32,000 nt of DNA, taken from the NCBI RefSeq assembly GCF_000964545.1, contig NZ_BBVD01000005.1:2838-34837 (forward strand). Direction: 5' to 3'. The notes under the pieces were generated by a model. The model made no database searches and had not been told where the DNA came from. It saw only the letters and a program-made list of their open reading frames with translations. Position numbers and translations under genes: made by a program. Origin of the DNA: Comamonas thiooxydans (GTDB lineage: Bacteria > Pseudomonadota > Gammaproteobacteria > Burkholderiales > Burkholderiaceae_C). Below are positions 17,991-24,689 of the stretch, piece after piece (position 1 is the stretch's first letter; each line of letters begins with the position of its first letter).

Positions 17991-18128
17991 TCGCAAACAA
18001 TATTTGCAGATGATCCCAAAATTTCGAGATTAAGGAAAGTTCATCACTCGCGTAAGACCACCTAACTCGCTCAGATATGGTCATGCGCAGCCACTGGTAC
18101 AACCCGCCAGCTCCGTCGAGATACAAAC

Positions 18129-19517
18129 TCAGTTATCCATCAGGACAGAGCGCACCTGAGAATTGCGCCTGGCCAGGGCTTCCAGATAGCCACCTGCCTG
18201 TTGCTGCTGTTCTTGGCGTACCTGGGCCACTTCCTGGGGCATTGGCGCGTTGCTGTAGCGGGTGTTGCGGCCATCGCTGCGGGAGCCAGTCGCTGCATCG
18301 ACCACAAGGGGCCTGTCCTGGCCGCCGGTGTTCAGGTATGGCGCGTCGCAGGTGACAGGGCGGACTACACCGTCGAACTTCACTGTGACCATGCAGTTCG
18401 CCATGCGCTTGACGCTGTAGCCAGCAGCCTCCAGGTCTTCGCTTGTGACCTCAAACATGCGGCGGGTACCGTCGCTGACGATGAAGAGCGTGATGCTTTT
18501 GTCCTTCTTCGACAGATGCCCGGCAACGTGTAGCTGCTTGCCGAACAGCGGTTCTTTGGTCTGAGGTACGGCCTCAGCTGGGGCCGCGGTGGCCTGCTGA
18601 GGCTCCGAAGGCTTAGGCTCGGTCGGCGTGGGTGCTGGTGACGCGGCGACAGGGGTTGCAGCAGCACCAGGTGCGGGGCCAAGGACGCGCGGCTTGACGG
18701 GTGGCGAAGGCACGACCTTGCGGCCCCAGACATCGTGCTCACCATCAGGCCAAAAGGCCCAGATCACCAGAAGCACCGACAGGACTAGCCACAACTTCTT
18801 GAAACGGTTGAATTTGACGATCATGGGGTTGACGTCAGTCACCCCAGATTCAGCAGAGCCGCTGCTTTGCGTGTTGCTGCGGTACAGGCCGAAATACTGG
18901 CTCTTGTATTCGCGTTCGTCGGTCTGGATGACTGCACCGCGATAGCCCGCATGTACCTTGCGGATGTAGCTCTCTTTCCTGCCCAGGATGTCGGCCTTGC
19001 GGCACTTGATGAGCGTGGCGATGAGCTGCGCGATGGGCTGGTTGATGTCGCGAAAGCTTTGCGTCATCAGCAGCACATCGGCGTTGTAGTGTCGATGCAG
19101 CTTGAACCACTGCACGACGCTTTCAGGTGTGCCTAGCTTGGGCAGTGCGACGTGACATTCGTCGATAACGTACAGTGGGCCTTGGTTTTTGGTGCCGCGC
19201 CATTCGCTGTAGTAGTCCCAGACGGTACCGAATGTAAAAACGTTCTCGGACTGGGGAATGGGCTCTTTGTCCGTCCAAAGCTGAAACGCTTCCTGCTCTG
19301 CAATGTTGGCCGCGTTCCAGTCGCCGAGCTGGGGCGTTGGCCTGGTGCGAACTTCGACCAGGTCGCGATAACTCGGGTCGATGGCCGCGAGAGCATCGAT
19401 GTTCAGCGGCAGGTTTGTGATGACCTTGCGGCCGGCCTGGAGCGCGGGCAGCACGTGATAGGCCACTGCCTCATAGCTTTTGCCAGAGCCAGGGATTCCC
19501 TCTAGTCCATTGATCAT
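18129..19517 (-). CDS. zonular occludens toxin (Zot)-like / filamentous phage assembly ATPase pI
   Basis: MINGLEGIPGSGKSYEAVAYHVLPAL... is the Zot-family N-terminus with a P-loop. It has Walker B LYVIDECH, one TM (LWLVLSVLLVIWAFW), a Pro/Ala-rich linker and a C-terminal periplasmic domain. The start overlaps the upstream gene stop (ATGA at 19514-19517). Confidence 0.85.
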   Translation of the reverse strand: MINGLEGIPGSGKSYEAVAYHVLPALQAGRKVITNLPLNIDALAAIDPSYRDLVEVRTRPTPQLGDWNAANIAEQEAFQLWTDKEPIPQSENVFTFGTVWDYYSEWRGTKNQGPLYVIDECHVALPKLGTPESVVQWFKLHRHYNADVLLMTQSFRDINQPIAQLIATLIKCRKADILGRKESYIRKVHAGYRGAVIQTDEREYKSQYFGLYRSNTQSSGSAESGVTDVNPMIVKFNRFKKLWLVLSVLLVIWAFWPDGEHDVWGRKVVPSPPVKPRVLGPAPGAAATPVAASPAPTPTEPKPSEPQQATAAPAEAVPQTKEPLFGKQLHVAGHLSKKDKSITLFIVSDGTRRMFEVTSEDLEAAGYSVKRMANCMVTVKFDGVVRPVTCDAPYLNTGGQDRPLVVDAATGSRSDGRNTRYSNAPMPQEVAQVRQEQQQQAGGYLEALARRNSQVRSVLMDN

Positions 19518-19903
19518 GAGCCAAGCCTTGTGAACGGGATGAGCTGGAGCGCCAACCGTATGCCGATAGCCGTGACGACGATGCCCACGGCTGTGCCGAT
19601 GCCCGAGAGCTGCATCACAGTGACGATCTCGGGCGGCAGGTTGATGTTGTCGGCAATGCCCTTGAGCGGTGACACATCGACCGCATCAAGGGCGACTTTG
19701 ATGATCTCGAAGAGCTTTTCAATCAGCCAAGACACGGCGTCCGTGAACATGTCCCAGGCGGCCTTGATGATGGCCTTGATAAGGTCTGCAGCCCACTTGT
19801 ACCAGGCATCAACGACATCCTTGGCCCATTTGAAATACTCAGTCAGAGACTCCGTGAGCCAGGAGAAAAATGCATCAATACGACGCTTGAGCCAGTCGAA
19901 CAT
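19514..19903 (-). CDS. pVI-like minor coat / DUF2523-type membrane protein of filamentous phage
   Basis: It occupies the position between the pIII-like and pI genes. ATG 19903 is preceded by GGAGG (cGGAGGctgagcATG). The protein is MFDWLKRRIDAFFSWL... with a hydrophobic C-terminus GIGTAVGIVVTAIGIRLALQLIP. The ORF-track start 19984 would overlap the pIII-like gene. Confidence 0.6.
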   Translation of the reverse strand: MFDWLKRRIDAFFSWLTESLTEYFKWAKDVVDAWYKWAADLIKAIIKAAWDMFTDAVSWLIEKLFEIIKVALDAVDVSPLKGIADNINLPPEIVTVMQLSGIGTAVGIVVTAIGIRLALQLIPFTRLGS

Positions 19904-19905
19904 GC

Positions 19906-20811
19906 TCAGCCTCCGAAGATCAGACGACGCGCGGTAATGAGTGCGGTCAGGATGGTGATGGCCTTCAACACTTCCCAAAGCCACAACGGGGGCGAGATGT
20001 CATGCGTACCGAAATCACCCAACGGCCTAAAGTTGAAATCAACGATCCAGACTGGTGCAGATCCGCCGTCCGCGATCTTTGGCATCAGGGCCATAGCGAG
20101 CGAGCCAAGGCCGGAGTTCTTGATGCCTGCACTGCTTTGCTTCCAGACCTCTACAGGCCCCTGCGGATACTTAGGCTCATAGAGCTTGCCGAAATCACCA
20201 GCCCCCGTGCCTGGCAGGCCAGCTTTGCCGGGGCCGCCACCCGTGTCGTTGCCGCAGTCGGTAATGGTGCAGCCGTCGCCATCACCATCGCCATTGCCGC
20301 TTCCAGTGCCTGAACCTGTGCCGCTCTGGCTATCTTTGCCTGGCACCGGATTGGCGTTGACCGCAGCGCAAAGAAAGCCATCCTTGTTTTTGGCCTTGGC
20401 GCAGTACTGGTCTTGACTGATCTTGTCTGTCGAAGTCGTGGTGCCTGTGACGTTGCCGTTAGCGTCCTTAGTGGTCTTGGTCGTGGTGGACTCACAGACG
20501 CCGTTAGAGCATGTCGTCGTAGTCTTTCCTTCGGTTTTGGTGCCATCGCTGTTTGTGGTGGTACCCGTCCAATCCACGCCAGTTGCGCTGGCTGCAGGGA
20601 TGCAGACATCTTTGCCGTTCACCGTGCCGGTCTGCCCCGCACAACGCTTGTCGATAGGCTCGGCCTTTTCTGCGGGTGGTGGCGCATCAGGCGCAGAAGG
20701 TTCACTAGGTGTGCCGTAGCTGCACTTGCCGCCTGTGAGCGTGCCCATGCCCTTGTACAGGGTCTTGCCGGTGCTATCGGTTACACCTGTGCTTGGGCCG
20801 GCATTAGCCAT
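19906..20811 (-). CDS. pIII-like adsorption / minor coat protein (TspB C-terminal-domain-like); possibly frameshifted at its 5' end
   Basis: Thr/Gly/Cys-rich N-terminal part, a glycine linker GSGTGSGNGDGDGDG and a C-terminal membrane anchor WLWEVLKAITILTALITARRLIFGG. Its position is immediately upstream of the pVI-like and pI genes. As called, the protein lacks a signal peptide. Confidence 0.6.
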   Translation of the reverse strand: MANAGPSTGVTDSTGKTLYKGMGTLTGGKCSYGTPSEPSAPDAPPPAEKAEPIDKRCAGQTGTVNGKDVCIPAASATGVDWTGTTTNSDGTKTEGKTTTTCSNGVCESTTTKTTKDANGNVTGTTTSTDKISQDQYCAKAKNKDGFLCAAVNANPVPGKDSQSGTGSGTGSGNGDGDGDGCTITDCGNDTGGGPGKAGLPGTGAGDFGKLYEPKYPQGPVEVWKQSSAGIKNSGLGSLAMALMPKIADGGSAPVWIVDFNFRPLGDFGTHDISPPLWLWEVLKAITILTALITARRLIFGG

Positions 20812-20933
20812 GCAACCTTGACTACAGCCAGGAAACTTAGGTTGGTCCCAGAAGCAACGGCCAAGACACCCGCAGAACCTGCAACGACCTTGGCACCGTA
20901 GCGACGGGCGATAGAACGAGTTTTATTGAACAT
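20781..20933 (-). CDS. 50-codon ORF encoding a signal-peptide-like sequence, overlapping the pIII-like start in another frame
   Basis: Own translation: MFNKTRSIARRYGAKVVAGSAGVLAVASGTNLSFLAVVKVAWLMPAQAQV*. A 1-nt shift near 20812-20816 would fuse ...FLAVVKVA to MANAGPST..., giving pIII a leader with an A-x-A site. It does not look like a major coat protein because it has no basic C-terminus. Confidence 0.3.
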   Translation of the reverse strand: MFNKTRSIARRYGAKVVAGSAGVLAVASGTNLSFLAVVKVAWLMPAQAQV

Positions 20934-21331
20934 GATTGGACGGGCGTTGGTCCTGTCGGAGATTCGCTTTGTGGTGCTGCGCTCACAAGTAGCTAGACCC
21001 GGCTCCGGTCAAGAGCTGCCGACTACCGCAGACTTCTGAACGACGGCTGGAGGTTGAACTGGGTCATCTTCGTGAATCGGTCTGGACGATTGCAAACACG
21101 GACGTCAGCTCTTGGTCGCAAAGCGACTTCAACCGGCGGGGTATCCCTTAACACCAAACTCTCCGCCATGGAGGTCGAGAAACGCGGGCCTACGAGGAGT
21201 TGGGCCATTTGGTTCGGTAGAACATCACTCCATCATGTTCTTTGCACACTCAAGCGGATGAGCACGGATCTTGCTTAACTGACTTGTAGCCGTTTTTGCA
21301 ATGAAGCAGATTCGGCTGTATCAGGACAACG

Positions 21332-21390
21332 ACGTCTACGTTAGGCATAGGCCGCTATTGCGGGTAATGCCTGCGTAGACGTTTTCTTTT
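21332..21390 (+). terminator. leader terminator/attenuator immediately upstream of the nitrate/nitrite transporter gene
   Basis: Long hairpin: acgtctacg(21332-21340)/cgtagacgt(21374-21382), inner aggcat(21343-21348)/atgcct(21367-21372), and apical ccgc-tatt-gcgg. It is followed by tttctttt and ends 17 nt before ATG 21407. Confidence 0.6.
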
Positions 21391-21406
21391 GTAGGGACAG
21401 AAAGCA

Positions 21407-22627
21407 ATGACGGGCTTCCGAAACTTTTTACAAGCTGGGCATGCACCAACCTTGGGCGCATCATTCTTCTATTTCGCCTGCTCATGCGGCATTTGGGTCA
21501 TCAATGGTGCAATGGCCCCTTTTCTCAGCGAGAGCTTTAATCTGACACCGGCGCAGAAGGGCCTGATGCTATCCATCCCGATCTTCGCGGGGTCGCTGAT
21601 GCGCTTTCCGCTGGGATTACTGGCTCAGTACATCGGTAGAAAGAATGCCACCCTGGTTGAGATGGTGGGCATCGCCATCGCAATGTTGTACGGCTACTTC
21701 GCCGTTGACTCCTTTGGTGATCTGCTGGCCATGGGCGTTTTGCTAGGCATTGCTGGTGCCAGCTTCGGCGTAGCTCTTTCACTCGGTTCAGGCTCATTTC
21801 CACCGCGCTACAAGGGACTAGCAATGGGACTAGTTGGTGCCGGCAACATCGGAACGGCCTTTGCCGCACTGCTGGCACCGCAGTTGGCACAGGCCTTTGG
21901 CTGGCAGGCCGTATACGGCTTTGCGGCTCTAGGTATTCTGGTGCCTATGGTCGTAATGATTGTGTTTGCCCGAGAACCCGCAGACCGTGATGCACATGCC
22001 ACTCTGCGTGACCATGTTGCCTGCCTTTTCGAGAAGGACGGCTGGGCTTTCAGCCTAATTTATGCCGTCACCTTTGGCGGCTTCATTGGCTTAGCCACTT
22101 TTCTGCCAAGCTACTTTTATGACCAATTCGGTGTGAGCAAAGTTGAAGCTGGGCAGTTGACCATGCTGGCTGCGTTTATGGGTGCAACTACGCGCATTTT
22201 TGGCGGCTGGCTGTCGGATCACTGGGGCGGAGTGAACACGCTCACAGCAGTGCTGGTCGTCGTCTTCATTAGCTTGCTGCTTTGCGGACTCAGCGGCCAC
22301 TCCTTAACTCTCACAGTGCTGTTCTTCTTGGTATGTTTTGCCGCCTTGGGAGCTGGCAATGGTGCCTTGTTCCAATTGGTTCCTCTGCGGTGGCCAACAA
22401 CCACTGCTGTGGCCGGCTCCATGATCGGAGAGTTGGGCGCTTTGGGCGGCGGCTTGATCCCTGCAAGCATGGGTTTGTCGCAACAGCACACCGGCAGTTA
22501 CTTCTCAGGATTCGCTGTGTTTGCCTGCTTTTCACTAGTCATGTTGGTGATGCTGCGCTACATGCAACTGCGCTGGACACGCACCTGGGCGGAGAAAGGC
22601 GGTCGCGCACGCACCGTTCCGGCTTGA
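21407..22627 (+). CDS. MFS nitrate/nitrite transporter (NarK/NasA family)
   Basis: 406 aa and about 12 predicted hydrophobic spans. It has an MFS loop motif (GSLMRFPLGLLAQYIGRKN) and Gly-rich NarK-type motifs (GAGNIGTAFAALLAP, AALGAGNGALFQLVP). It is located beside nirBD. Confidence 0.85.
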   Translation: MTGFRNFLQAGHAPTLGASFFYFACSCGIWVINGAMAPFLSESFNLTPAQKGLMLSIPIFAGSLMRFPLGLLAQYIGRKNATLVEMVGIAIAMLYGYFAVDSFGDLLAMGVLLGIAGASFGVALSLGSGSFPPRYKGLAMGLVGAGNIGTAFAALLAPQLAQAFGWQAVYGFAALGILVPMVVMIVFAREPADRDAHATLRDHVACLFEKDGWAFSLIYAVTFGGFIGLATFLPSYFYDQFGVSKVEAGQLTMLAAFMGATTRIFGGWLSDHWGGVNTLTAVLVVVFISLLLCGLSGHSLTLTVLFFLVCFAALGAGNGALFQLVPLRWPTTTAVAGSMIGELGALGGGLIPASMGLSQQHTGSYFSGFAVFACFSLVMLVMLRYMQLRWTRTWAEKGGRARTVPA

Positions 22628-22635
22628 TTCAAAGC

Positions 22636-24393
22636 TCAGCGTGGCAGGAACAGTAACCAGTAAAGCAGCGCCACATTGAGCACAACGCTGAAGGCGAGCG
22701 CTGTCTTCCAACCGAATGCTGGATCGCGCTCAAGGAGTGGACTGGACGCTTGCGGCAATAGTGGCCGCGCAGCTCCGCGCTCTAACGCCAGCAACATTTC
22801 TTCGGCCGTCTCGAAGCGCTGTGCAGGATCGCGAGCGATCGCCTTAAGAACGATGGCATCCAGCCAGATTGGTACTTGTGGGCTGTGACGACTGGGAGGT
22901 ATTGGGTCACGCCAGTAGCGCCCTCTCTGGTAAGCGATAACCTCACCATAGGGCAGACGTCCACTTGTCAATAGCTGGTACAGCGTCACGCCCAAAGCGA
23001 ACAGGTCGCTGCCCGCACTTGCTGGCACTGGCGGATCGTCCCACTGCTCGGGGTTCATGTAGCTAGCAGTACCCGCATGTAAGGCACGCAGTTCGGGAGG
23101 CTCTCGGCCAGTCAGCGCAACGCCAAGGTCGAGCAGACGCAACACCCCATCAACACCGCAGTGAAGGTTCGCGGGCTTGACGTCGCGGTGGATAACACCC
23201 TGTCGGTGCAGGTAACCCAGCACACGCGCGGCCTGCTGACCTATGGCAAGCACCTGGTCTACACCAGGCTGATGTCGTCGCTCCAGCCACTGAGAAAGCG
23301 TCTCGCCCTCCACCCATTCGTACAAAAGATAGAAAGCTGATGGCAGATCCACCGGCGCAGCATGCAGCCGAACCAGATGTCGGGCTGCCGCTCCGGTCTG
23401 CAGATGGCCGGCCACCCATGCTTCATGGGCCAGAGCAGCCCATTCCTGGCGGTCATGGGCACGCTGTGTGTGCAGCGTTTTGAGCGCATGGCGCTGGCCG
23501 CTGCGCTCATCCAGCACTCGGTACACGCGGTAAATGCCACTGTCGGCCACTAAAGCCTCCACACGCAGCCCATCCACCAGACTGCCGGGCCTGAGCAGAG
23601 GCAACGGCGGCAGGGACTGTGCGCGACGCATAGTGTCGTCCAGGGTTGCTTCCTTCACGCCCAGCACGCGAACGACCACGGCTGTGAGATTGTCGCGGCT
23701 GCCGTTGCGCCACGCGGCATCAGCCAAGCGTTCGGCCAGGGACTGTGCACCGCCCTCGCCCGCCCACTGGGCAAACTCGCGCGGCTTGACGTCATTGTGT
23801 ATGCCGTCTGACAGCAGTACAAAAATGTCGCCGGGAACCACTTCTCCTTGCCGATAGTCAATGCTGACCCTATCCTCCAGGCCGATGGCGCGCGCCAGGC
23901 GGTGCGCGAAGTCCACGCCGCCCATCACATGGTCCTCCGTCAGCTGCTCGATCTGCCCTTGTCGCAACAGGTAGGCACGGGTATCGCCTACATGGGCCAG
24001 CGTGAAACTCTGCCCACGTAGAACCAGAGCTGTCAGCGTGGTCAGACCATAGGCCGGCTGACGTCGCCGATTGATGCCATAGAGCCAAGCGTTCTGTGCA
24101 CCCACGATGCGGTCCAGCGCCACGGTGGGCTCCCAGGTGACTGGCGTGCAAAAGAAGTCGCGTGCCAAACAGGTTACCGTGGTCTGTGCAGCTTCACGGC
24201 CCCAGCCACCCGCACTGACACCATCGGCAACGGCGGCGAGCATGCTGGCGTGGCCCGAACTTTCGTCCTGCAGTTGTACTGCCGCGAAGTCCTCGTTGTC
24301 CTGCGCACGACCGGAGCGTGAGACCCATCCGATATCCAGTTCAAAAGGCATGAGCGAATCCGTAATGGCATTCCTTGCAATCGCGCCCCACAA
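22636..24393 (-). CDS. bifunctional PP2C-type Ser/Thr phosphatase + Hanks-type Ser/Thr protein kinase with a C-terminal TM anchor
   Basis: The PP2C part has QDNEDFAAV, AVADGVSAGGWG, GDTRAYLL, LLSDGIHN and RDNLTAVVVRV. The kinase part has RHALKTL, HRDVKPANL, DLGVA and GTASYMNPEQ. The C-terminal hydrophobic helix is ALAFSVVLNVALLYWLLFL. The start is either TTG 24393 or ATG 24351 (MPFELDIGW...). Confidence 0.85.
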   Translation of the reverse strand: MWGAIARNAITDSLMPFELDIGWVSRSGRAQDNEDFAAVQLQDESSGHASMLAAVADGVSAGGWGREAAQTTVTCLARDFFCTPVTWEPTVALDRIVGAQNAWLYGINRRRQPAYGLTTLTALVLRGQSFTLAHVGDTRAYLLRQGQIEQLTEDHVMGGVDFAHRLARAIGLEDRVSIDYRQGEVVPGDIFVLLSDGIHNDVKPREFAQWAGEGGAQSLAERLADAAWRNGSRDNLTAVVVRVLGVKEATLDDTMRRAQSLPPLPLLRPGSLVDGLRVEALVADSGIYRVYRVLDERSGQRHALKTLHTQRAHDRQEWAALAHEAWVAGHLQTGAAARHLVRLHAAPVDLPSAFYLLYEWVEGETLSQWLERRHQPGVDQVLAIGQQAARVLGYLHRQGVIHRDVKPANLHCGVDGVLRLLDLGVALTGREPPELRALHAGTASYMNPEQWDDPPVPASAGSDLFALGVTLYQLLTSGRLPYGEVIAYQRGRYWRDPIPPSRHSPQVPIWLDAIVLKAIARDPAQRFETAEEMLLALERGAARPLLPQASSPLLERDPAFGWKTALAFSVVLNVALLYWLLFLPR

Positions 24394-24587
24394 GAGTGCC
24401 TATCGATGCGGACACCGCACCGAACTGAAGCATCGGTAGATCAGAATCAGCAGCACCTTCGTTTGGAACCACGGTACTGCCAAGCTCCATGAGCAAGAAA
24501 ACGATTGGCATAAAAAATGCTTTATTCATAGCAACGGTCTGGGCAATGTAGCTCCGACAGTTGAGGACAACGGCGTTTGCGACATAC

Positions 24588-24635
24588 CTGGCCAAAGGTG
24601 GCTAGGTCATGGCGCAAGCGCCTTTTTGTTTTTTT
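24588..24635 (+). promoter_or_regulatory. nirB leader: hexaloop hairpin followed by a short hairpin plus U-tract (candidate antitermination target)
   Basis: Hairpin ctggcc[AAAGGT]ggctag (24588-24605, one G-U pair). Then ggcgc-aa-gcgcc (24611-24622) followed by tttttgttttttt (24623-24635). The whole element ends about 55 nt before the nirB ATG at 24690. Confidence 0.4.
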
Positions 24636-24689
24636 AACCGTGAGAGGGAGCGTAACTCGCTTCACTCCCCTCCGACGAAGGGATATCGC

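Larger units (their letters stand above)
14113..20933 (-). mobile_element. filamentous (Inoviridae-like) prophage remnant with an inserted AT-rich cargo islet; only 18129..20933 is securely phage
   Basis: The gene order pIII-like, pVI-like, Zot/pI with coupled starts is diagnostic of the inovirus morphogenesis module. No replication initiator (pII), ssDNA-binding protein (pV) or convincing major coat gene was found. The left extent, through the small HTH regulator, is inference. Confidence 0.5.

Noticed and set aside
20781-20933. Major coat protein (pVIII) assignment for the 50-codon ORF upstream of pIII
   Set aside because: It has a basic N-terminus and a hydrophobic middle but no basic C-terminal DNA-binding tail and no acidic mature N-terminus. 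It fits better as the displaced signal peptide of pIII.
21240-21330. Sigma-54 (NtrC-dependent) promoter upstream of the nitrate transporter
   Set aside because: The best candidate, tagccgtttttgca, has the GG and GC elements spaced 2 nt too close and lacks the GG dinucleotide. There is no acceptable TGGCAC-N5-TTGC match.
13700-21400. Prophage attachment sites: a tRNA gene, a dif-like XerCD site or flanking direct repeats
   Set aside because: Visual scanning found no tRNA T-arm consensus (GGTTCGAATCC-like) on either strand, no dif-like GCATAATGTATATTATG core and no obvious direct repeat pair. This cannot be excluded without a computational search.
24341-24595. 84-aa ORF (or a 62-aa version from ATG 24529, MNKAFFMPIVFLLMELG...) upstream of the kinase/phosphatase gene
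   Set aside because: No RBS. It overlaps the kinase start and lies in the divergent regulatory region that also holds the nirB leader hairpins. A hydrophobic N-terminus alone is insufficient.
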